Origin: Callorhinchus milii
Lineage: Eukaryota
Reading direction: 5' to 3'
Length of the DNA stretch: 64,000 nucleotides
NCBI RefSeq assembly: GCF_018977255.1
Contig: NW_024704742.1
Coordinates: forward strand, 12,836,001 to 12,900,000
Below, piece after piece: positions 12,301-23,677 of this stretch (its first letter is position 1; the number at the start of each line of letters is the position of its first letter). A model generated the notes under the pieces. The model worked only from the letters and a program-made list of their open reading frames with translations. It did not search any database and was not told the DNA's origin. The position numbers and the translations under genes are program-made.

Positions 12301-13555
12301 GGCTGGGTGTGTTGCCCTGTGCGCTGGTTGGGTGTGTTGCGCTGTGCAGTGACTGGGTGTGTTGCAGTGTACAGGGCTGAGTGTGTTGTGGTGTACAGTG
12401 GCTGGGTGTGTTGTGGTGTACAGTGACTGGGTGTGTTGCAGTGTATAGTGGCTGAGTGGGTTGAAGTGTACAGTGGCCCGGTGTGTTACGGTGTACAGTG
12501 GTTGGGTGTGTTGCGGTGTACAGTGGTTGGGTGTGTTGCGGTGTGCGCTGGTTGGGTGTGTTGCAGTGTACCGTGGCTGTGTGTGTTGCGGTGTACAGTT
12601 GTTGGGTGTGTTATGGTGTACCGTGGCTGGGTATGTTGCCCTGTATGCTAATTAGGTGTGTTGCGGTGTACAGTGGTTGGGTGTGTTGCGGTGTACAGTG
12701 GTTGGGTGTGTTGCGGTGTGCGCTGGTTGGGTGTGTTGCAGTGTACAGTGGCTGTGTGTGTTGCGGTGTACAGTTGTTGGGTGTGTTATAGTGTACCGTG
12801 GCTGGGTATGTTGCCCTGTATGCTAATTAGGTGTGTTGCGGTGTACAGTGGTTGGGTGTGTTGCGGTGTACAGTGGTTGGGTGTGTTGCAGTGTGCGCTG
12901 GTTGGGTGTGTTGCAGTGTACAGTGGCTGGGTGTGTTGCGGTGTACAGTGGCTGGGTGTATTACGGTGTGCATTGTTTGGGTGTGTTGAAGTGTACAGTG
13001 GCTGGGTGTGTTACAGTGTACAATGGTTGGGTGTGTTACGGTGTGCGCTGGTTCGGTGTGTAGGTGTGTACAATGGCTGAGTGTGTTGCGGTGTACAGTT
13101 GATGGGTGTGTTGCAGTGTACAGTGGCTGGTTGTGTTACGGTGTACAGTGGTTGGGTGTATTACGCTGTGCGCTGGTTGTGTGTGTTGCGGTGTGCAGTG
13201 GTTGGATGTGTCACAGTGTACTGTGGCTGGGTGTGTTGCGGTGTGCAGTGGTTCGGTGTGTTGCGGTGTACAGTGGCTGTTTGTGTTACGGTGTACAGTG
13301 GCTGGGTGTGTTGCGGTGTGCAGTGGTTCGGTGTGTTGCGCTGTACAGTGGCTGTTTGTGTTACGGTGTACAGTGGCTGGATGTGTTGCGGTGTGCAGTG
13401 GTTCGGTGTGTTGCGCTGTACAGTGGCTGGGTGTGTTACGTTATGCACTGGTTGGGTGTGTTGAGGTCTACAGTGGCTGGGTTTGTTGTGGTGTACAGTG
13501 GCTGCATGTGTTACGGTGTGCGCTGGTTCGGTGTATTACAGTGTACAGTGACTGG
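9335..13555. repeat. ~25-bp minisatellite (GGTGTACAGTGGCTGGGTGTGTTAC and variants), interrupted by an L2 fragment
   Basis: Visible tandem array with higher-order duplications. Confidence 0.95.
10103..10715 (+). mobile_element. 5'-truncated L2 LINE inserted in the 25-bp minisatellite
   Basis: LDYGNSLLAGLP...LHWLPIPQRIEFKILILTYKAIHGLAPSYLSDLL, plus 3' UTR and (GTT)n tail. Confidence 0.9.
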
Positions 13556-16500
13556 GTTTTGGGGTGTGCGCTTGCTGGGGGTGTTGGGATGGGCGGTTCC
13601 TGGGGGTGTTGGGGTGTGCGTTAGATGGGGGTGTTGGAGTGGACGTTTGCTGGGGGTGTTCCTGGGGCTGTGGGATGTGCGGTGTCTGGCGTTCTTGGGG
13701 TTTGCGGTGACTGAGAGTGATGCTGGGGGTGTTGCTTGGGGTGTTGGAGTGTGCGGTGGCTGGGGATGTTGGGGTGTGCTGTGGCTTGGGGGTGTTGCTG
13801 GGTGTGTTGGGGTGTGCGGTTGCTGCGGATGTTGCTGGGGGTGTTGGGTTGTGCGGTTGCTGGCGTGGTGCTGGGGGTGTTCGATTGGACGTTTGCTGGG
13901 GATGTTGCTGGGGTGTTGGCGTGTGCGGTGACTGGCGTTGTTGGGGTGTGCGGTGACTGGGGGTGATGCTGGGAGTGTTGGGGTGTGCGGTGGCTGGGTG
14001 TGTTGCTTGAGGTGTTGGAGTGTGCGGTGACTGGCGTTGTTGGGGTGTGCGGTGACTGGGGGTGATGCTGGAAGTGTTGGGGTGTGCGGTGGCTGGGGTT
14101 GTTGGGGTGTGCTGTGGCTGAGGGTGTTGCTGGGGGTGTTGGGGTGTGCGGTAGCTGGGTTTGCTGGGGTGTGCGGTGGCTGGGGGTGTTGCTTGAGGTG
14201 TTGGGGTGTGCAGTTGCTGGGGGTGTTGAGGTGTGCGGTGGCTGGGGGTGTTGGGGTGTGCGGTGGCTGGGGGTGTTGCTGCTGGTGTTGGGGTGTGCGG
14301 TGAGTGGAGGTGTTGCTGGGGGTGTTGGGGTGTGCGGTTGCTGGGGGTGTTGGGGTGTGTGGTGGCTGGGGGTGTTGCTGCTGGTGTTGGGGTGTGCGGT
14401 GGCTGGGGGTGTTGCTGGGGGTTTTGTGGTGTGTGGTTGCTGGGGGTGTTGCTGGGGGTGTTGGACTGTGCGGTGGCTGGGGTTGTTGGGGTGTGCTGTG
14501 GCTGAGGGTGTTGCTGGAGGTGTTGGGATGTGCGGTGGCTGGGGTTGTTGGGGTGTGCGGTGGCTGGGGGTGTTGCTTGAGGTGTTGGGGTGTGCAGTTG
14601 CTGGAGGTGTTGGGATGTGCGGTGGCTGGGGTTGTTGGGGTGTGCGGTGGCTGGGGGTGTTGCTGCTGGTGTTGGGGTGTGCGGTGGCTGGAGGTGTTGC
14701 TGGGGGTGTTGGGGTGTGCGGTTGCTGGGGGTGTTGGGGTGTGCGGTGGCTGGAGGTGTTGCTGGGGGTGTTGGGGTGTGCGGTGGCTGGGGGTGTTGCT
14801 GGGGGTGTTGTGGTGTGCGGTGGCTGGGAGTGTTGCTGCTGGTGTTGGGGTGTGCGGTGGCTGGGGGTGTTGGGGTGTGCGGTGGCTGGGGGTGTTGGGG
14901 TGTGCAGTGGCTGGGGGTGTTGCTGCTGGTGTTGGGGTGTGCGGTGGCTGGGGGTGTTGGGGTGTGCGGTGGCTGGGGGTGTTGCTGCTGGTGTTGGGGT
15001 GTGTGGTGGCTGGGGGTGTTGCTGGGGTGTTGGGGTGTGCGGTGGCTGGGGGTGTTGCTGGGGTGTGTGGTGTGCGGTGGCTGGGGGTGTTGCTGGGGGT
15101 GTTGCTGGGGGTGTTGGGGTGTGCGGTGGCTGGGGTGTTGCTGGGGGTGTTGGGTTGTCCGGTCGCTGGGGGTGTTGCTGGGGGTGTTGTGGTGTGCGGT
15201 GGCTGGGGGTGTTGGGGTGTGCGGTGGCTGGGGGTGTTGGGGTGTGCGGTGGCTGTGTGGGTGTTCGGTGGCTGGGGTGTTGCTGCTGGTGTTGGGTGTG
15301 CGGTGGCTGGGGGTGTTGCTGGGGGTGTTGGGTGTGCGGTGGCTGGGGGTGTTGCTGGGGGTGTTGGGGTGTGCGGTGGCTGGGGGTGTTGCTGCTGGTG
15401 TTGGGGTGTGCGGTGGCTGGGGGTGTTGCTGGGGGTGTTGGGGTGTGCGGTGGGTGGGGGTGTTGCTGAGCGTGTTGGGTTGTGCGGTGGCTGGGGCTGT
15501 TGCTGGGGGTGTTGCTGGTGGTGTTGGTGGGGGTGTTGGGGTGTGCAGTTGCTGGGGTTGTTGAGGTGTGCGGTGGCTGGGGTGTGCGGTTGTTGGGGTG
15601 TGCGGTTGTTGGGGTGTGCGGTTGTTGGGGGTGTTGGGGTGTGCGGTTTTTGGGGGTGTTGCTGCTGGTGTTGGGGTGTGCAGTGTTTTGGGTTGTTGGG
15701 GTGTGCGGTGGCTGGGGTTGTTGGTGGGGGTGTCGGGGTGTGCAGTTGTTGGGGTGTTGGGGTGTGCGGTTGTGGGGGTGTCGGGGTGTGCGGGTGTTGG
15801 GGTGTGCGGTTGTTGGGTGTCGGGGTGTCGGTGGGGGTGTCGGGTGTGCGGGTGTTGGGTGTGCGGTTGTTGGGGTGTCGGGGTGTGCGGTTGTTGGGGG
15901 TGTCGGGGTGTGCGGGTGTTGGGTGTGCGGTTGTTGGGGGTGTCGGGGTGTGCGGTTGTTGGGGTGTTGGGGTGTGCGGTTGTTGGGGGTGTCGGGGTGT
16001 GCGGGTGTGGGGTGTGCGGTTGTTGGGGTGTCGGGGTGTGCGGTTGTTGGGGTGTTGGGGTGCGCGGTTGTTGGGGGTGTCGGGGTGTGCGGGTGTTGGG
16101 GTGTGCGGTTGTTGGGGTGTCGGGGTGTGCGGTTGTTGGGGTGTTGGGGTGCGCGGTTGTTGGGGGTGTCGGGGTGTGCGGGTGTTGGGGTGCGCGGTTG
16201 TTGGGGGGTCGGGGTGTGCGGGTGTTGGGGTGTGCGGTTGTTGGGGTGTCGGGGTGTGCGGTTGTTGGGGTGTTTGGGGTGCGCGGTTGTTGGGGTGTCG
16301 GGGTGTGCGGGTGTTGGGGTGGGGTTGTTGGGGGTGTCGGGGTGTGCGGGTGTTGGGGTGTGCGGTTGTTGGGGTGTCGGGGTGTGCGGTGTTGGGGTGT
16401 TGGGGTGTGCGGTTGTTGGGGGTGTCGGGGTGTGCGGGTGTTGGGGTGTGCGGTTGTTGGGGTGTCGGGGTGTGCGGTTGTTGGGGTGTCGGGGTGTGCG

Positions 16501-16752
16501 GTTGTTGGGGTGTTGGGGTGTGCGGTTGTTGGGGTGTCGGGGTGTGCGGGTGTTGGGTGTGGGTGGGGGTCGGGTGTGCGGTTGTTGGGGTGTCGGGGTG
16601 TGCGGTTGTTGGGTGTCGGGGTGTGCGGTTGTTGGGGTGTGGGGTGTGCGGTTGTTGGGGTGTTGGGGTGTGCGGTTGTTGGGGGTGTCGGGGTGTGCGG
16701 GTGTTGGGGTGTGCGGTTGTTGGGGTGTCGGGGTGTGCGGTTGTTGGGGTGT
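13556..16752. repeat. G/T-rich ~24-25-bp minisatellite (GGGGTGTGCGGTGGCTGGGGGTGTT grading into GGGGTGTGCGGTTGTTGGGGTGTC)
   Basis: Visible tandem array; the + strand is almost adenine-free. Confidence 0.95.
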
Positions 16753-17002
16753 TTCAGTGACGCAATGGTGTGGGCGGAGCAGTTGAAGTCTCGCGTTGTT
16801 TGGCGGTGACGGGGTAAGATGGCGGCGTCGCGCACTGAGTGACTCGGTCTGTAACTGACTAACTGTCTCCTCTCACTCACTCACTGAGGCCTCGGGCCTC
16901 GCCGTGACCTCCCGTGTCAGTGTGTGCTGTGGGGGTGTCGCCGGCCTGAGGCTGAGGAGCCGCGGGTCACACTGCTGCCCAGAACCTCGGCCACACTGGC
17001 GC
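16752..17002 (+). promoter_or_regulatory. CpG-rich promoter / probable non-coding exon 1 of ABHD18
   Basis: Clustered housekeeping-promoter motifs: TGACGCAAT (ATF/CEBP-like, ~16758), GGGCGGAG GC-box (~16772), TCTCGCG (~16789) and AAGATGGCGGC (YY1 consensus, 16816-16826). Candidate donor GGG|GTAAGA at 16814. The ATG-containing ABHD18 exon begins at an acceptor (24381), so an upstream exon is required. Confidence 0.65.
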
Positions 17003-19420
17003 TCCGTCCCTCTGCCCTGTCCGTCCCTCTGCCCTGTCTGTCCTCTGCCCTGTCCGTCCCTCTGCCCTGCCTGTCCCTCTGCCCTGTCCGTCCCTCTGCC
17101 CTGTCCGTCCCTCTGCCCTGCCTGTCCCTCTGCCCTGCCTGTCCCTCTGCCCTGTCTGTCCCTCTGCCCTGTCTGTCCCTCTGCCCTGCCTGTCCCTCTG
17201 CCTGTGCCCTGCCTGTCCCTCTGCCCTGCCTGTCCCTCTGCCCTGTCTGTCCCTCTGCCCTGCCTGTCCCTCTGCCCTGTCCGTCCTCTGCCCTGTCTGT
17301 CCTCTGCCCTGTCTGTCCTCTGCCCTGTCTGTCCTCTGCCCTGTCTGTCCCTCTGCCCTGCCTGTCCCTCTGCCCTGTCTGTCCCTCTGCCCTGCCTGTC
17401 CCTCTGCCCTGCCTGTCCCTCTGCCCTGTCTGTCCCTCTGCCCTGTCTGTCCTCTGCCCTGCCTGTCCCTCTGCCCTGCCTGTCCCTCTGCCCTGTCTGT
17501 CCTCTGCTCTGCCTGTCCCTCTGCCCTGTCCGTCCTCTGCCCTGCCTGTCCCTCTGCCCTGTCCGTCCCTCTGCCCTGTCTGTCCCTCTGCCCTGTCTGT
17601 CCCTCTGCCCTGTCCGTCCCTCTGCCCTGTCCGTCCCTCTGCCCTGTCTGTCCCTCTGCCCTGCCTGTCCCTCTGCCCTGCCTGTCCCTCTGCCTGTGCC
17701 CTGCCTGACCCTCTGCCCTGTCCGTCCCTCTGCCCTGCCTGTCCCTCTGCCCTGCCTGTCCCTCTGCCCTGCCTGTCCCTCTGCCCTGCCTGTCCCTCTG
17801 CCCTGCCTGTCCCTCTGCCCTGTCCGTCCCTCTGCCCTGTCTGTCCCTCTGCCCTGTCTGTCCCTCTGCCCTGCCTGTCCCTCTGCCCTGCCTGTCCCTC
17901 TGCCCTGCCTGACCCTCCGCCCTGTCCGTCCCTCTGCCCTGTCCGTCCCTCTGCCCTGTCCGTCCCTCTGCCCTGTCCGTCCCTCTGCCCTGTCCGTCCC
18001 TCTGCCCTGTCCGTCCCTCTGCCCTGTCCGTCCCTCTGCCCTGTCCGTCCCTCTGCCCTGTCCGTCCCTCTGCCCTGTCCGTCCCTCTGCCCTGTCCGTC
18101 CCTCTGCCCTGTCCGTCCCTCTGCCCTGTCCGTCCCTCTGCCCTGTCCGTCCCTCTGCCCTGTCCGTCCCTCTGCCCTGTCCGTCCCTCTGCCCTGTCCG
18201 TCCCTCTGCCCTGTCTGTCCCTCTGCCCTGTCTGTCCCTCTGCCCTGTCTGTCCCTCTGCCCTGTCTGTCCCTCTGCCCTGCCTGTCCCTCTGCCCTGCC
18301 TGTCCCTCTGCCCTGTCCGTCCCTCTGCCCTGTCCGTCCCTCTGCCCTGCCTGTCCCTCTGCCCTGCCCGTCCCTCTGCCCTGCCTGTCCCTCTGCCCTG
18401 CCTGTCCCTCTGCCCTGCCTGTCCCTCTGCCCTGCCTGTCCCTCTGCCCTGCCTGTCCCTCTGCTCTGTCTGATCCTCTGCCCTGCCTGTCCCTCTCCCT
18501 GTGCCCTGCCTGTCCCTGTGCCCTGCCTGTCCCTCTGCCCTGCCTGTCCCTCTGCCCTGCCTGTCCCTCTGCCCTGCCTGTCCCTCTGCCTGTGCCCTGC
18601 CTGTCCCTCTGCCCTGCCTGTCCCTCTGCCCTGCCTGTCCCTCTGCCCTGCCTGTCCCTCTGCCCTGCCTGTCCCTCTGCCCTGCCTGTCCCTCTGCCCT
18701 GCCTGTCCCTCTGCCCTGCCTGTCCCTCTGCCCTGCCTGTCCCTCTGCCCTGTCTGTCCCTCTGCCCTGTCTGTCCCTCTGCCCTGCCTGTCCCTCTGCC
18801 CTGTCTGATCCTCTGCCCTGTCTGATCCTCTGCCCTGCCTGTCCCTCTGCCCTGCCTGTCCCTGTGCCCTGCCTGTCCCTGTGCCCTGCCTGTCCCTCTG
18901 CCCTGCCTGTCCCTCTGCCCTGCCTGTCCCTCTGCCCTGCCTGTCCCTCTGCCCTGCCTGTCCCTCTGCCCTGCCTGTCCCTCTGCCCTGTCTGACCCTC
19001 TGCCCTGCCTGACCCTCTGCCCTGCCTGTCCCTCTGCCCTGCCTGTCCCTCTGCCCTGCCTGTCCCTCTGCCCTGCCTGTCCCTCTGCCCTGTCTGACCC
19101 TCTGCCCTGCCTGACCCTCTGCCCTGCCTGACCCTCTGCCCTGCCTGACCCTCTGCCCTGCCTGACCCTCTGCCCTGCCTGATCCTCTGCCCTGCCTGTC
19201 CCTCTGCCTGTGCCCTGCCTGTCCCTCTGCCCTGCCTGTCCCTGTGCCCTGCCTGTCCCTCTGCCCTGCCTGTCCCTCTGCCTGTGCCCTGCCTGTCCCC
19301 CTGCCCTGCCTGTCCCTCTGCCTGTGCCCTGCCTGTCCATGTGCCCTACCTGTCTCGCTGCCTGTGCCCTGCCTGTCCATATTCCCTGCCTTTGCCTGTG
19401 CCCTGCCGTTGCTGGCCTGT
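17003..19420. repeat. 17-bp C/T-rich minisatellite (CTGCCCTGCCTGTCCCT)
   Basis: Visible tandem array; the 17-aa periodicity of the spurious ORFs (3x17 nt) confirms the unit length. Confidence 0.97.
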
Positions 19421-20493
19421 GTTGTGCCTTGCCTGTGCTGGTCGGTGTCTATGTTGCCCTCTGTGGTCAAAAACTCTTAACAGTAGTCACTGTGGAGGCT
19501 CATAAATGAAAATGGGTGAGGTTGGAGGATGATTGGCTCTGGTGGAATGAAATGAATTTTGTGCCTTCAGGTGAAAAAAAATTGGCCAGGGAGAACACAG
19601 ATTTATAAATCATTTTGTTTACACTGTGGAATATCAGGTGCTTGTTCATTAAAAGTCAAAGGAAGGTGAAATGAATAAAACATATTTCTGATCACAGGAC
19701 TTCCAATCACAGAACAATTTCGAAAACAGTAGTATAGAACTTGTTTATAAACATGCCAAGCCGGTAATACTTCATGTAGTTTGGCCAGGAAGAGTTGTTG
19801 AATATTAACTCATTGCTTTGACGAGATTGATTTAATGGCACTGTTCCTAATAGGTTAAGGATAATGATCACTAAACAAACAGATCTGTGGTTCTGATTTA
19901 ATAATTTTCAGGAAAGAGTCTTCTGTGCAGGAATTATTTTAAAGCTTAGGATAAATGTCGCAGAGTATAATGGGGTGTATTTGAATGCTGGTTAGTTTTT
20001 AAACTTGATTCCTGAGCAGAAGCCATGCACCTATCTTGGTGATTTGGAAGGGATGAGTGTGAGAGAGGTTTGGAGAGATAGCAAAAGCACTGCCATGCCA
20101 TTATTTGATTGCTGCACACAGCATGGTTGACTGCAGTTGAATGAGAGCCCTGACCAGTTTTGTTTTCCTGGGATTACTCAGTTATTTTTAAACTGCTTCT
20201 CCACTCAAGCAGAATACTTGCTGGTTGAAAGCCTGCAAATGCACCCAGGAGGTAGAGATTGTGTTCAATTAGAAGTGCCCTGGAGACATACAGAACAGTA
20301 GTCATGTAGTCATGCACGCTTGCATATTCTAATTGGTTGTATTGACTGTTTAGCAATCTTCCTCTTTCTCCCCTCTTCCAATAGTCAGAGAGTATTATGT
20401 TTTGCAGTAGTTTGACATTAAGCATATGTGAAACAGTAGCAAAATATTTAATTATAATATAATAATTATAATAGAATCATAATAGAATCATTT

Positions 20494-20810
20494 GGAGTCC
20501 TGTAGCTCAGTGGTTAGAGCACTCGCTTTGCAAGTGAGAGACCTGAGTTCAATTCCAGGCAGAGGGCGAAACCTTGGGCAAGTTTCCTTACTCCACACAC
20601 CTAATAATAATCCCTCCAAAACCAAAAACAATAATAAAATTGGCATTTTCAATCTATGACTGTTTGTGGGACATTGCTGTGCGCAATTGGCTGCCGCGTT
20701 CGCCCACAAATTTACAGTCAATTCACTTTACAGTGTGTTCTGTGAAGCGCTTTGGGACGTCCTTCCGACGTGAAAAACGCTATATCAAATGCAAGGATTA
20801 TTATTATTAT
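20494..20810 (+). mobile_element. tRNA(Ala-like)-derived SINE, full length
   Basis: Head TAGCTCAGTGGTTAGAGC (A box)...TTTGCAA loop...GAGTTCAATTCC (B box), a body, then an L2-like tail CGCTATATCAAATGCAAGGATT(ATT)n. Confidence 0.88.
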
Positions 20811-22479
20811 AATCTAAGTCTCTTGAAGGGTAACTAAACTTTCAATTAAACAACTATTGTATTTGTAATCAGATTGCCTGTGTCAGGAACCGTTGTATAG
20901 TACAACGGTACTATACGGTATGTAATGTGCATTTAGATTTGCTCTGTATGCCACTATTCCTATTTGTGAGAGCCAGTTGACTTCACTGTGGATAGGCTTG
21001 TCAGTAAAACCAAATCCCATGGGTTGGATTGCTTACAATGAGCTCAGCAGACAAGTACAAAAATAGAAACCTGATAGGTGTTTTTTTTTGTTTTCATTTT
21101 TTAGAGCTCTTCCCCCATAAACAATATCAATTTTCCAATTTGTGCTCTTTCCAAGCCATTGTAAATTGTGTGCCTTTTGTGGTTTAGCTCTGTAAGCATG
21201 GAATTGTTCTTTTGTGCACTCTGTTTTATTCTTTCGTTCGCTCACTTTTTTTCCCCAGTGAGCAGTATCAAAGCAGTATCGAGAAAGTAATTGTGAAAAA
21301 TTTGTTTTAAACTATTCATTTACTTGACTGTTTTATTTAATACAGCACTTTTTTAAAAAAAGGCAGCTATGAAACTAGTAAGACCTAATGGCTAAATGGA
21401 TAAGTGTGGAGATGTTTTTGGCCCAAATAATTTTATTACCAAATTTCCCCACCTGATATTTGCCCAGAAAAATATTTGCATTTTTTAAAGTAAAAATCAT
21501 AAATTACTGGGAAATGTTTTAAAAAGCTCGATAAACTAACAGATATTTAGGTGGGTAAAAATGAGCTGACTTGAGCAGGTCTATTTAATATCACTTTTAT
21601 GTTGTGTTTCCCAGTGGTGGTGGAATTCTGAAAACTGCAATATGCCCTCTGGACAGTGCCTGCACAGCATGCTCTGCATGTGAGTGGATGTCTTGGCGTC
21701 ATAGAGTAAATATCAAGATGATGGCCGAGACAATATTTGCCATCAGCAAACCACTAGATTGATTTCTCTGTTGGCCAAAGAATAGTACCAGAGGCTGGGA
21801 GCTGTGCTTGAAAATCAAAACCGCTTTACTCCTTATATTTTATTGATGATTCCTACATCATCATGTTATTACCTAACGCAGTGACATCAAGATTTTTGCA
21901 CAGACACAGAACTAAGCCAACTAGCTTCAGATCTTGGACTTTTCATTATCATTTTTCCATTTCGCCCACAAAACACACAGTCGCTACACTTTCAGTCTGT
22001 GCTGTGAAGTACTTTGAGACATCTCGAAGACATGATAAGGTGCTGTATCAAATGCAAGGATTATTATCATCATTGCCCAATCTTGGAGGCAATGATAGAT
22101 CTAACTCAGGGCTGGATCTGAGCACATCTGGAGCCAGGAAATCATCCCTTGTTCTGGAAATAGGCTTGACTCCAGAGACAGACTAGTGGTATGAAAGAGG
22201 TTCAGTCAGAATAGTCAGACCTTAGTATAACCTTCCCATGGTGCAGCAAAGCTTTTTTTTTGCCTGACACATGCACCTAGTTACTTCACTGTGTGACAGT
22301 AATGTATTCGAGATGCTGTAGTGGTTTGATAGATGTTTGTGATTTCCCCAGGTGACACATTTTTAGACTGTTACACTGTTCATTGGACGCAAAGCATTTC
22401 CCTGCAGAGAAAAAATACAATGCAAGCTTTCAAGCTTGAGGCTATTTTTACTCTGGTTGCCTGCTACCTAATAATAGTG

Positions 22480-22660
22480 GAATCATAGAATCCTATAGGA
22501 CGGAAGGAGGCCATTCGGTCCATCGTACCAACTCTTTGAAAGAGCTATCCAAGTAGTTGCACTCCGCAGCTCTTTCCCTATAGCCCTACAATTTTTTTCT
22601 TTTCAAGTTCCCTTTTGAAAGTTATTGTTGAATATGCTTCCAACACCCTTTCAGGCATTA
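22480..22660 (-). mobile_element. CR1 LINE 3' end fragment
   Basis: aatcatagaatc tail plus gaaggaggccattcgg; reverse complement of the CR1 3' UTR at 34250-34410. Confidence 0.7.
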
Positions 22661-23677
22661 CAGGATACAAGTAGTATCAAGATATTTTGTTCCTGGTCTT
22701 GTTGCTGGTTCTGATAATGTTATTTACGAATAGGTGGTAATAATAAAAATAATTACTAATCCTTGAATTTGATGTGTTCTTGTTTCCATTTATACACAAT
22801 ATAGTCCTTTGTTTTGAGGTGTGGATAACTTTTAGTTTGATCAAATGTCTATCAATGGAATGTACATTAGCTTATTAGCTTCTGCAGTTGATGACCAAAA
22901 TCTTCGAAAAGATTCTTAAGCAGTTTTATCCTTCTGATTCTATAGGTTTGTGTGGCTTGTCAGAGCAGGGCCAGTTTTCCAAAATGTAAAAAAAAGTCCT
23001 CTGCACATGTTTAAGAGATATTTATTTGTCAAGTATGGTAATATTTTTCTCTTATATTACTATGCCTTGATATAAAGCTATTGTGATTACAGTATTATGC
23101 ATCGTACTTTAGGACTCTGGCTGGTTTAAACCTTCTGAAGGTGTGATCATGACAAAGCAAGCACTTGACCAATTGCAAGTTATAAAGTGACAGAGATTTC
23201 TGTGTGATGTAATGCTGTGAATTATGATTGTCTTAATGTTACAAAATTTCTGTAAAAAAAAACTGCTGCTATCATGCAGGCAATCCACTTAGATTGAATC
23301 AAAGTAAGCTGTTAACGTGGATAAATAAACGGTGAGCTCCCATTAGAATTGGGTTCCTTTCCTTCAACAGAACATTGATGTGATAAAGATTTCCTCTTTG
23401 CCATTGATATATTATATATTCATTTTGAGTTGTGGAAGACTTTTAGTCTGATCAAATGTCTATCCACAAAGATGTAAATTTGCTTATTTTGGTTTGAAAA
23501 GAGTCAAAAATATGTTCCTTGGGTTTGGTGTGTGCTAAGTTATGAAAAGGCCACAACACTCACTTCTTGGTTATAAACTCTAGGAGGCACATTTCTATAC
23601 TTTTTAAAATGTTGCGAGGCATAAATTACATTTTAACTCACAGTGTTAGATCAGACTTTCAGGAAAAAAAGACGGTG

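Noticed and set aside
3330..19420. CRISPR-like array
   Set aside because: The units are contiguous without unique spacers, the context is eukaryotic, and there are no cas genes.
10737..19509. ORFs up to 1114 aa rich in G/V/C/W, P/T/H or R/G/Q
   Set aside because: They arise from A-free strands of tandem repeats that cannot form stop codons; there is no splice or homology support.
20494..20570. Functional tRNA-Ala(TGC) gene
   Set aside because: The acceptor stem is imperfect, and the sequence continues into a SINE body and tail present in several copies.
20889..20909. Hairpin ACCGTTGTA-tag-TACAACGGT
   Set aside because: An isolated 9-bp stem with no other supporting context.
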